Assembly (NCBI GenBank): GCA_046582655.1
Contig: JAYGDX010000256.1
Coordinates: 1-12,762, forward strand
Length of the DNA: 12,762 nucleotides
DNA from: Candidatus Poribacteria bacterium
GTDB taxonomy: Bacteria; Poribacteria; WGA-4E; UBA9662
Direction: 5' to 3'
The notes under the pieces were generated by a model. It was not told the origin of the DNA. It saw only the letters and a program-made list of their open reading frames with translations, and searched no databases. Below are positions 1-8,101 of the stretch, in pieces; the stretch's first letter is position 1, and every line of letters begins with the position of its first letter. Made by a program: the position numbers and the translations under genes.

Positions 1-1
1 C

Positions 2-226
2 TTCATGATGAATACACTGATGGGAGATGAGCCTGATTTAAACGCACATTATACTTTTGATAAAAAGAATGCCGATGATAATACGGCAAATAAGAACAAT
101 GGCAAGAAAGCTGCTGGTACACCGAAGTATGTCGATGTGACAAAAGAGTTGAATCTGAAACCGCTTTCAGTCGATGCCAAGAACAAATTAACCAGTACTT
201 GGGCACAAATTAAGCAAACCTGGTAA
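2..226 (+). CDS. C-terminal fragment of a probable LamG-like/concanavalin-type protein with a Poribacteria-type C-terminal tail (5' truncated)
   Basis: Frame is open from the window edge (ttc atg atg...) to TAA at 224-226. MNTLMGDEPDLNAHYTFD..ADDNTANKNNG resembles the L-x-G-x-E-x-G-L-x-x-Y-x-x-F-D...D-x-S-x-N-x-N-x-G segment of LamG-like domains. Ends in LSVDAKNKLTSTWAQIKQTW. Confidence 0.7.
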   Translation, partial: FMMNTLMGDEPDLNAHYTFDKKNADDNTANKNNGKKAAGTPKYVDVTKELNLKPLSVDAKNKLTSTWAQIKQTW

Positions 227-363
227 TTAACTGCCTGAGTTGCTTGATGTTTTAGTACCCAAATTTAATCAAAGAACTGAGATCTCTGTGACTAACCTAT
301 TTTTTGGGGAATGACCTCGTTATAATTATGTTGTATATGCAAGAATTTCAATAATCAATATTT

Positions 364-369
364 AAGGAG
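364..369 (+). promoter_or_regulatory. Shine-Dalgarno site for first PhyH gene
   Basis: AAGGAG 11 nt upstream of ATG 381. A perfect TATAAT lies further upstream at 321-326. Confidence 0.6.
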
Positions 370-380
370 ATATAGTAAGC

Positions 381-1184
381 ATGGCAAAAGCATTACCACT
401 GGTAGCTTATTCGGATCTTGAAAGTCAGCTAGAGGCTTTAGAAAGAGATGGATATGCTTATTTCCCCTCGGTGATTAACACTGAAGAAATTGCGGAGCTA
501 AGGGCGGTTATGGACCGATTAGAAGCTTTAGAAGAAAGCTTTGATAGACACAGCTTTCCCCAAAATGGCAGTGGTTTTCTCAACAAAATAATTAATAATT
601 CATTTAACCGCGATCCGCTTTTTCTTCAATATCTTGATAAACCGCAATTGATTGATGTCTTGGAAGCTGTTCATGGAAGTGATTGCCATATTATCGGCAT
701 GCAGTCGTGGCTAACAGGACCTGGTCGTCCGGACCAAAGACTGCACACTGATTGGCTGCCCATCAGTTTGCCTGAAGATGTGGCCACAAACCCGCGAGTC
801 AAGATTCCAATTTTTATTACCACGGCCCACTGTTACCTGAACGATATGTCTCAGGAGCTAGGGCCGACCAATTTTGTAACAGGCAGTCATCGGTCCGGTC
901 GTTCACCAGGTGACGAAACTGAATGGCAAGGTGGTGAAGAAATGAGTATCCTTTGCAATGCTGGAGACGTGGTGGTTTTTCGCAGTGAAGTCTGGCATCG
1001 CGGTACCGCCAATACTAGCGATGAGACCCGCTATTTATTGCAGGTCCATTATGCCCTGCGGATGATCACCCAAAAGTTTCCACCGTATCTCAATCGTTTT
1101 CAATTCGATGATTCTATTCTTGCCCAAGCCACCCCCAGACAACGCCGGTTACTTGGTGAACATACAGGTGGTGCCTATGATTAA
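381..1184 (+). CDS. Phytanoyl-CoA dioxygenase (PhyH) family Fe(II)/2-oxoglutarate dioxygenase, 267 aa
   Basis: N-terminal LERDGYAYF, HxD motif (LHTDW), GPTNFVTGSH, AGDVVVF..EVWHRG (distal His) and NTSDETR (2OG-binding Arg). Good RBS. Confidence 0.9.
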   Translation: MAKALPLVAYSDLESQLEALERDGYAYFPSVINTEEIAELRAVMDRLEALEESFDRHSFPQNGSGFLNKIINNSFNRDPLFLQYLDKPQLIDVLEAVHGSDCHIIGMQSWLTGPGRPDQRLHTDWLPISLPEDVATNPRVKIPIFITTAHCYLNDMSQELGPTNFVTGSHRSGRSPGDETEWQGGEEMSILCNAGDVVVFRSEVWHRGTANTSDETRYLLQVHYALRMITQKFPPYLNRFQFDDSILAQATPRQRRLLGEHTGGAYD

Positions 1185-1322
1185 TTGGTGTTCCCTTCTC
1201 ATCTGTCATACAGGACTCACTCGTCGAGTGGACCTGTTACTTTAGGTTCAAAGAATTTTATAATAGTTTCTAACTTGGATTTTACCTGATGCAGTTTAAC
1301 TTTTAGATTCTGAAAATAGAAT

Positions 1323-2129
1323 ATGGATACTACATTAAGTGATCAACAGATTAATTTCTACCGGAAAAATGGTTTTTTGGTCATCAACCAGCTTTTGTCC
1401 GAAAAAGAACTCGCTTCTTGGCGTGAAGCTGTGAACGAAGCTGTCAAGCAACAGATTGATCAGGAAAAAACTCACAATCAGAACCGCAGCGAAAGCTATT
1501 ATAAATACGTTTTTGTCCAGTGCGTTAATCTTTGGAAAACGAACGAAAAGATTCGACATTTGGCACTTGATCCGCGCTTGGGGAAACTGGCAACAGATTT
1601 AGTTGGTGTTAATGGAATGAGGCTGTTTCATGACCATGCATTGATTAAGGAACCATGGGCTAATCCGACCAATTGGCATTTGGACAATCCATCTGATCCT
1701 TATTATACTCGTCAGGCAACCATGTTTTGGCTAACGCTTGATGATGCTACAGTTCAAAATGGCTGTTTGTATTTCCTGCCAGGTACACATCAAACCAGTC
1801 GCTTTGAGCCTGTAGGTGGTCTAGGTAGAGAGGGGATTGGTCAGATATTTCAAGAATACTCCGAATGGGAACAGATAGAACCATACGTAGCTGAGATGAG
1901 AGCAGGATCTTGTGCCTTTATCAACGGTATGGTAGCACACGCCGCGGGGCCAAATATGACCACACAGTCACGCCGTGCCTTTGCCATGCTTTTGATGCCT
2001 GAAGGTGAGACATTTAACGGGAATCAAAGCGTCCTGCCCGATGAATATTTCAACAGTTTGCAGGTTGGAGATATTCTTGAGGATAACGAACATCTTCCGT
2101 TGCTTTATTCGCGTTCTGAAAAAGCTTAA
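1323..2129 (+). CDS. Phytanoyl-CoA dioxygenase (PhyH) family dioxygenase, 268 aa
   Basis: LSDQQINFYRKNGFLVI start, IKEP...WHLD (HxD), WLTLDDATVQNGCLYFLPGTH, HAAGPNMT...RRA. Confidence 0.92.
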   Translation: MDTTLSDQQINFYRKNGFLVINQLLSEKELASWREAVNEAVKQQIDQEKTHNQNRSESYYKYVFVQCVNLWKTNEKIRHLALDPRLGKLATDLVGVNGMRLFHDHALIKEPWANPTNWHLDNPSDPYYTRQATMFWLTLDDATVQNGCLYFLPGTHQTSRFEPVGGLGREGIGQIFQEYSEWEQIEPYVAEMRAGSCAFINGMVAHAAGPNMTTQSRRAFAMLLMPEGETFNGNQSVLPDEYFNSLQVGDILEDNEHLPLLYSRSEKA

Positions 2130-2159
2130 AAAAATTCAGGAACGAAATTAGCTTCTTTA

Positions 2160-2188
2160 AAAAAGTCCTGTTTCAAACAGGGCTTTTT
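2160..2188 (+). terminator. Rho-independent terminator
   Basis: AAAAA-GTCCTGTT-tca-AACAGGGC-TTTTT: 8-bp stem (one G-U) with T tract after and A tract before, 30 nt downstream of the stop at 2129. Confidence 0.8.
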
Positions 2189-2317
2189 CATTTGCTGAAG
2201 TTTTTTCCAACTCGTCTTAGTAATCTATATCAAGTGGCTGTTTGCAAAATGAACAAACTCATTTCTGAAATTTCGCGGTCAACCAAACTATAATTCTTGA
2301 AATAGAGCCAACGTAAT

Positions 2318-4246
2318 ATGGGGATGACCAGAAAAACTTCAGCAGGTAACTGGCGTGCCGTAGCTATTGGACTGGTGCTGATACCTGCAAACTGTTATTG
2401 GATCACCCACATTGAACTGGTGCAATATTCCGCGCAACCGACCATAGTTTCACTCATTTTTACTGTGGTATTCAGTGTGTTTGTCCTGTCCTTACTGAAC
2501 CTATTTCTAAAACGATACTTTCCTCAACTGGCTTTATCTCAAGCTGAACTGTTATTGATCTACTCCATGTTATCTGTTACGTCTGCCATTGCAGGGCACA
2601 GCTTTATGGAAATATTAATTCCAATCCTGGGACATGCGTTCTGGTTTGCCACCCCCGAAAATGATTGGAAAAGTCTTTTCTGGAGATATATTCCTGAATG
2701 GCTATCTGTTAGTGATAAGAAGGTACTGACCGGATACTATGAAGGCAATTCGACATTATATACCAAACAGCACCTCTTGGGCTGGATAACGCCAGTTTCA
2801 AGTTGGTTCGCGTTTGTCCTGGTTTTGCTTCTGGTTATGGTTTGTATCAACATCATTTTTAGGAAACAGTGGACTGAAGAAGAAAAATTGACTTACCCGA
2901 TTATCCAGCTCCCTTATCAGATGACCAGTGAGAATTTTTTTAAGAGTAGGACATTATGGATCGCCTTTGGAATTACAGCGGGTTTAGATATCGTCAATGG
3001 ATTACATGTCTTGTTTCCATCCATACCTGCCCTGTTTGAAAAAGCGTATCGTTTTAGATTTGCCGTCAAGCCATGGAGTACCATGGGAACGTTCATACTA
3101 GGGATTTATCCATTTGTTGTAGGAATTGGTTTTTTGATTCCTTTAGACTTACTATTTTCATGTTGGTTTTTTTGGGGGATCTGGAAAGCTCAGTTGCTAT
3201 TTGGAAGTGTAATGGGCTGGAAAACTTCCGCTGGTGTAAGTAGTCCAGTATATCCTTATGTAAACTATCAGGGATTCGGCGCTTACATGGGATTATTCCT
3301 GATAATTCTGTTTCAAAATAGAAAACATCTTGGCCGGATCTTCAAAAATCTTATCATCAATGATAAAGATTCTGGTGATTCAAGTGGGCAAGTTTCATAT
3401 CGAATGCCTGTTTTAGCTCTGATAGGCGGGCTAGTTTTCTTGGTAATTTTTTGTTTAAAAGCCGGTATGTCCTGGTGGATTAGCTTGATCTTTTTTTTAT
3501 TGTATTTCTTTCTTTCAACTGCTATCTCACGAATGCGGGCTGAGTTGGGTGCGCCCATGCACGACTTGCATTATACCGGACCAGAGCAGATTATGGTCAC
3601 CGCTGCCGGTACAAGAAAACTGGGTCCAATGAACCTGTCAATGTTCTCGTTTTTCTGGTTTTTTACTCGTACTTTCGACTCTCATCCGATGCCTCACCAA
3701 CTTGAAGGGTTCAAACTGGCAGAAAGGTCGGGAATAAAAAGCAAATTCTTTTTTACTGCTATACTGATTGCGATGGGGGTAGGTGTGCTATCACAGTTCT
3801 GGGCCCTATTATCCATTTCCTATAAACTTGGAGCAGTAAATCAAATGTCTTGGGTTCCAATGATCTATGGTCAGGAACCTTGGGGACATTTGCAAAGATG
3901 GTTAGTTAATCCTATACGTTCCAACTACATCGCCATGGGATTCAGTTTATTCGGAGTACTGTTTGCTATCGCTCTTATGTTGATGCGGATGAAATTTTTG
4001 TGGTGGCCCTTCCATCCAGCCGCCTATGCAGCTGCGTCTGGTAGCTGGGCCATAAATTATATATGGTTCAGTTTGTTCTTTGCTTGGATAGTAAAGCTGC
4101 TTTTGCTGAAGTTCGGCGGGGTTCACATATACCAAAAGGCAACCCCATTTTTCTTGGGATTGATATTGGGACAGTTTGTGGTTGGTAGCATATGGCCGAT
4201 TCTAGGTATCATTTTCCATGTGCCTACGTACGGTATCTGGCCTTAA
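2318..4246 (+). CDS. Polytopic membrane protein, DUF6785/DUF6784-like (putative transporter), 642 aa
   Basis: Many hydrophobic segments throughout. Motifs ELLLIYSM, ATPENDW, RKQWTEEEKLTYPI, RMRAELG, WWPFHP and W....W..K...LKFGG..Y....PFFLGLILG match this family as I recall it; not verified by search. Confidence 0.75.
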   Translation: MGMTRKTSAGNWRAVAIGLVLIPANCYWITHIELVQYSAQPTIVSLIFTVVFSVFVLSLLNLFLKRYFPQLALSQAELLLIYSMLSVTSAIAGHSFMEILIPILGHAFWFATPENDWKSLFWRYIPEWLSVSDKKVLTGYYEGNSTLYTKQHLLGWITPVSSWFAFVLVLLLVMVCINIIFRKQWTEEEKLTYPIIQLPYQMTSENFFKSRTLWIAFGITAGLDIVNGLHVLFPSIPALFEKAYRFRFAVKPWSTMGTFILGIYPFVVGIGFLIPLDLLFSCWFFWGIWKAQLLFGSVMGWKTSAGVSSPVYPYVNYQGFGAYMGLFLIILFQNRKHLGRIFKNLIINDKDSGDSSGQVSYRMPVLALIGGLVFLVIFCLKAGMSWWISLIFFLLYFFLSTAISRMRAELGAPMHDLHYTGPEQIMVTAAGTRKLGPMNLSMFSFFWFFTRTFDSHPMPHQLEGFKLAERSGIKSKFFFTAILIAMGVGVLSQFWALLSISYKLGAVNQMSWVPMIYGQEPWGHLQRWLVNPIRSNYIAMGFSLFGVLFAIALMLMRMKFLWWPFHPAAYAAASGSWAINYIWFSLFFAWIVKLLLLKFGGVHIYQKATPFFLGLILGQFVVGSIWPILGIIFHVPTYGIWP

Positions 4247-4317
4247 TTTCGATAAATTTCTATATTAATACATATCTGCGATACAGATTGGAGGTGGACT
4301 TGATCTTGCTTCAGATT

Positions 4318-6441
4318 TTACTCTAAAAGAGACGAGGATAGGTTGTCTAAAAAGAAATTAGGATTGAACCGTACTGGTGTTTGGGTTGGTAATTGTACCC
4401 AATAGTTGGTACCAAACTTATTTTCAGGCAAATAGTAATCGGTGCTGATGAAGTGTGCACCAGACGTCAGTGCAGCTTCCAGCCGAGTTGTGTCGCCCGT
4501 ACGAGCTTCTTTTGTATCCGCATCGGCCCTCGTTCGAACCAAGTATCCTTTTAGGACTAAATCTTGGATATACTGCTGGTTTTCAATCGGATCGTTGATC
4601 ACCCGAAACGCTGCTTCCGGTTGCCCTTCTTCCGCATCGACAAACAGAATTCTACCTTGTAGTGAAGGATGGCTGTCTTTGTAGATGTCGATTTTTTCTT
4701 GGCCTGCATCCAGTGCGAAAAAGACTTTTCCACGGGATTCTTTCAGTGTTGGCCACTGGCCAGCAGTAATTGCGGTTTCTAGTGTCTGATAATCTCCCCG
4801 GACACGATCAGGCACAATTAACTCTGATATTTCAAAAACGCCCAGAATTTCTTGATCTAGACGATCGAACGCTTGCCTATCAAAGGGTAGCGGTTGTACA
4901 AAATTCAGTTGATCGATAACACTCTCTTTAGTATTGATTGTAATCAAGATTGGCGTATGCCTTGGATGTACTTTAGACCATTGGTGGACTTCCTTTAGGG
5001 CATCCTTAAACGTCAGGCAGTTACTTCGAAAATCTATATCTTGTACATGTAACACTTTAAAACCCGGATTTTTCATCTTGCCTTCTGCATCATAAGGAGG
5101 CCCAGGAGGCAAGTTCATCCCTTTAGCCGCCGTAATCCCATAGGGATTAGCATATCTTCCTCCCTCAGGATCGTAAAATAGATCTAGCTCCAGTTGTCGT
5201 AACCCTAAATCTAGTTGCTCAGTTAGGGAAACATGTTCGTAATCTAGCGAATCAGCCGTATCCGGGTCTAGCTGTCTGATAATTTGCATCAATGACGGGT
5301 CGATGGTTTCTTTGAAGCTATTATGGCTCCCAATGGCTTGAATCTGATTCATCCGCAAATGCTGATCCAACCAAGCAGTAGCACGATCAGATGCCGTCCT
5401 ATCTTCCGGTCGAATCCCGCTTCCCTGATTGTTGAGAAATCTGACCGCTAAATCTGGAAAATCAGTGAAAATCCCATCTACATCCGCATCCAGAAAGAAT
5501 ATTCGTAACAGATGATCAAAGTCGCTCACTTGTGGTGGTAGTCGGTCGGCTATTAGGGTGTAGGGATGAACTTCTAAGTTCAATCTGTGGGCATCTTGGA
5601 CTAACGACGATAGAATTGGCTGCCCGTCCTTTTGAATCCTTTTAACGACGTGTTGCATTGATGGGCCAATTCCATCAGCGTAACCAGCAATTAGTTTTAA
5701 ACCTGATGATAACATCATTTGTTCATAATCGATCTCTGAATTTGGGTGATTGGAACCAATTAACTGCACCAATTTGAGGTCAGTTTTCAAAACTTTACGC
5801 ATCCGTCGAGTTTCAAATGGATCAAAACACTGTACGTATACCAGATCGTCTCGCTTGGTATACCCGTACTCGTTCAGTGTCTTGAGAACTACTTGACTAA
5901 TATCTTTTCCGTGTTGTTGGTGCCATGTGGGCGCTTTGATCTCCACATAGAGGCCGACTGGTTTGCCAGTACTATGGTTCAATCCCTGAATCAGCTCAAT
6001 CTCTTCGCTCAATGTGGGGATTTGAAAAGTCGATTGGTGAGGTGGGAATCGTTTAGGATACACGATAGTATTCTTTTCAATGTCGGATCGCTTGGTGACT
6101 TTCATCCGCTTAATTTCGGCCAAATCGAAGTCGATGGCATAGTATTTTTCATCCGCTCTAGCTCGACTTGGAAAAACCTCAGCTACATTTGTAACCGCTT
6201 GAAGATGGATATCGTGCAGAATAATAGGTTGGTCATCTTTGGATAAAACAATGTCTTGTTCGATGTAGTGAGCACCCATCCCATGAGCCAGCGCTTTAGC
6301 CGCGAGCGTATGCTCGGGGAGATAACCAGAAGCGCCCCGGTGGGCAATAACAATCTTTGAAGGTTGACCAATCGATACCGAAGTATAAATTAGTAATAAC
6401 AGAAGAATGGGATAAAAATTGCTATATCTAGTTTTATCCAT
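4318..6441 (-). CDS. glpQ: Probably exported bifunctional glycerophosphodiester phosphodiesterase (GlpQ-like, about aa 28-336) / Ca2+-dependent PI-specific phospholipase C domain (about aa 360-700), 707 aa
   Basis: Hydrophobic N-terminus (ILLLLLIYTSVSIG). GDPD motifs IAHRGASGYLPEHT, EQD, HD, EIK, VHPYT, DGIFTDFPD. PI-PLC X-like motifs QAIGSHNS, LTEQLDLGLRQLELD, VLHVQDID, VRTRAD, SGAHFISTDY. The symbol applies to the N-terminal domain only. Confidence 0.88.
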   Translation of the reverse strand: MDKTRYSNFYPILLLLLIYTSVSIGQPSKIVIAHRGASGYLPEHTLAAKALAHGMGAHYIEQDIVLSKDDQPIILHDIHLQAVTNVAEVFPSRARADEKYYAIDFDLAEIKRMKVTKRSDIEKNTIVYPKRFPPHQSTFQIPTLSEEIELIQGLNHSTGKPVGLYVEIKAPTWHQQHGKDISQVVLKTLNEYGYTKRDDLVYVQCFDPFETRRMRKVLKTDLKLVQLIGSNHPNSEIDYEQMMLSSGLKLIAGYADGIGPSMQHVVKRIQKDGQPILSSLVQDAHRLNLEVHPYTLIADRLPPQVSDFDHLLRIFFLDADVDGIFTDFPDLAVRFLNNQGSGIRPEDRTASDRATAWLDQHLRMNQIQAIGSHNSFKETIDPSLMQIIRQLDPDTADSLDYEHVSLTEQLDLGLRQLELDLFYDPEGGRYANPYGITAAKGMNLPPGPPYDAEGKMKNPGFKVLHVQDIDFRSNCLTFKDALKEVHQWSKVHPRHTPILITINTKESVIDQLNFVQPLPFDRQAFDRLDQEILGVFEISELIVPDRVRGDYQTLETAITAGQWPTLKESRGKVFFALDAGQEKIDIYKDSHPSLQGRILFVDAEEGQPEAAFRVINDPIENQQYIQDLVLKGYLVRTRADADTKEARTGDTTRLEAALTSGAHFISTDYYLPENKFGTNYWVQLPTQTPVRFNPNFFLDNLSSSLLE

Positions 6442-6465
6442 TTAGATCCTATTTAAAATGGTTGC

Positions 6466-6708
6466 CTATACTTCTTGGTCAAGGGTCCCATCTCTTACAC
6501 CGTCAAACGGTTCTTCCCCATCCTCAGTTAGCTGTTGAATTCGCAGTTCCGCATCGTCTAGTTTTTGGCGGCATGATCTGGCAAGACGTATTCCATCTTC
6601 AAAAGCCTTGAGTGATTCTTCCAGTGTCAGTTCATCCCCGGATTCCAGAAGACTGACAGTTTCCTCAAGTTGTGCTAGACTCTCTTCAAAATTGACATTT
6701 TTATCCAT
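6466..6708 (-). CDS. xseB: Exodeoxyribonuclease VII small subunit, 80 aa
   Basis: FEESLAQLEETVSLLESGDELTLEESLKAFEDGIRLARSCRQKLDDAELRI is typical XseB. Start reassigned to ATG 6708 (AAGGA upstream; 8-bp overlap ATGGATAA with the xseA stop). Confidence 0.95.
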   Translation of the reverse strand: MDKNVNFEESLAQLEETVSLLESGDELTLEESLKAFEDGIRLARSCRQKLDDAELRIQQLTEDGEEPFDGVRDGTLDQEV

Positions 6709-8002
6709 CTTCAATTTCCTTCTTCGATATAATTTGGCTGGTAAGTTCACCTTGTGACAGTTTGATGTAAACCGTATCGCCGACTTTGACAGATGAAGCA
6801 TTGGTGATTGGTTTATTTTTGGTATCACTGACAATGCTATAACCACGTTCCAGAGTCTCAAGTGGATTTAGTTGGCTTAACTTTGCTGTGTTGACTTGGA
6901 GTTTGGTTTCCTTAGTCTGCTTGAGATCTTTAATCAACAACACCTGTTTCTGCTGACAAAGATTTAAAATATCCTTTAATTGGTGTATTTTTTGCTTTAT
7001 TGTGTTTTGGTTAATTAATTGCATTTGCCCAATCTGCTGTCTAATCAGATTGATGCGGTTGAGTTGCCTTTCGGCTGGAATTTGGTGTTCGAGGACTTGC
7101 AATTCTGTTCTGAGGAATTTGACTATTTGTCTAACGTCTTGTAGCAATCGTAATTCTTGATCATAGATTTTTCTCTTAAGTTCATGTTGATCCGGAACAG
7201 CGTGCTCCGCGGCGGATGAGGGCGTAGCCGCTCGGTAGTCGGCGACGAGATCTGCCAGTGTGACATCTGTTTCATGGCCGACGGCGGAAATGATTGGAAT
7301 CCGTGAAGCAAATATCGCTCGGGCAACCGATTCGTCATTAAATGACCACAACTCTTCAATTGATCCCCCACCGCGACCAACAATTAATAGATCGAGGTCC
7401 GAACGTTGATTGGCCATTTGGATTGCTGTTACAATCTGGGTGGGAGCTTCGTTACCTTGAACCAGTGTGGGAAAAAGCAAGACCTCTACAACTGGATATC
7501 TCTCTGAAAGGACACGAATAATATCTTGAATTGCAGCACCGGTGGCCGAAGTGACAACACCGATCTTCTGTGGGAACGGGAGAATTGGTTTTTTATGTTC
7601 TTCATCGAATAGGCCCTCTTTTCCCAGTTTAGCTTTCAGATGCTCTAATTCTAGCTGCATCATGCCAATGCCGGCTGGTTTAAGTTGATCCCCAATCAAT
7701 TGATAGGTACTGTTTTTGGGGTAAATATCAATTTTGCCGTGGATAAGTACCTCATCACCGTTTTGCGGTTGGCTTTCTAAGTTGATTGCGCGGTTTTTGA
7801 AGATAACACAGTTTATAGTGTTGTTTTCTTCTTTGACCTTAAAATACAGATGACCTGAATATGGTCGACTCAAATCTGATATTTCTCCCTTAACCCAAAT
7901 ATCAGATAACGCTGGCTCAAAAGTCAGTATGTCTTTAATGTATTGGACAACCTCAGCGACTGTATACGGATGCTGGGGCAGAATTTCCTTAAACAGTTCC
8001 AT
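6701..8002 (-). CDS. xseA: Exodeoxyribonuclease VII large subunit, 433 aa
   Basis: OB fold (WVKGEISD..SGHLYF), VVTSATGAAIQD, VQG, RGGGSIEELWSFNDE, SAVGHETD, TPSSAAE, LNPLETLERGYSI. Confidence 0.97.
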   Translation of the reverse strand: MELFKEILPQHPYTVAEVVQYIKDILTFEPALSDIWVKGEISDLSRPYSGHLYFKVKEENNTINCVIFKNRAINLESQPQNGDEVLIHGKIDIYPKNSTYQLIGDQLKPAGIGMMQLELEHLKAKLGKEGLFDEEHKKPILPFPQKIGVVTSATGAAIQDIIRVLSERYPVVEVLLFPTLVQGNEAPTQIVTAIQMANQRSDLDLLIVGRGGGSIEELWSFNDESVARAIFASRIPIISAVGHETDVTLADLVADYRAATPSSAAEHAVPDQHELKRKIYDQELRLLQDVRQIVKFLRTELQVLEHQIPAERQLNRINLIRQQIGQMQLINQNTIKQKIHQLKDILNLCQQKQVLLIKDLKQTKETKLQVNTAKLSQLNPLETLERGYSIVSDTKNKPITNASSVKVGDTVYIKLSQGELTSQIISKKEIEDG

Positions 8003-8035
8003 TATGTTCTTTTCAATTGTTTTTACTATTTTAAC

Positions 8036-8064
8036 ATTATAGTAGATTTTTTAAAGATTACCAA
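8036..8064 (-). promoter_or_regulatory. Putative sigma70-type promoter for xseA-xseB(-glpQ/PLC)
   Basis: On the minus strand, TTGGTA (8064-8059), 17-nt spacer, TATAAT (8041-8036), 33 nt upstream of the xseA ATG. Confidence 0.55.
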
Positions 8065-8101
8065 GAGATTTGTCTTTTTCAGCCCATACCGAGGTGCTAA
8101 T

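Noticed and set aside
3..206. 67-aa minus-strand ORF
   Set aside because: Antisense shadow of the plus-strand LamG-like fragment; no recognisable motifs.
1335..4135. Minus-strand ORFs 1335-1559, 3313-3558 and 3947-4135
   Set aside because: Fully antisense to well-supported PhyH and membrane-protein genes; no family features.
4247..4317. Small hairpin ATCTG-cgata-CAGAT between convergent genes
   Set aside because: 5-bp stem with no T tract; too weak to call a terminator.
4442..6371. ORFs 4442-4684 (+), 5893-6246 (+) and 6183-6371 (-)
   Set aside because: Shadow or alternate-frame ORFs inside the GDPD-PLC gene.
6709..6861. 51-aa N-terminal extension of XseB in the ORF track
   Set aside because: Lies within xseA in another frame; XseB homology and an RBS begin at ATG 6708.
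7123..7383. 86-aa alternate-frame ORF within xseA
   Set aside because: Nested in a conserved gene with no independent support.
7943..8101. TTG-initiated extension of the lipoprotein ORF
   Set aside because: Overlaps xseA and the promoter region; RBS and signal peptide support ATG 8102.
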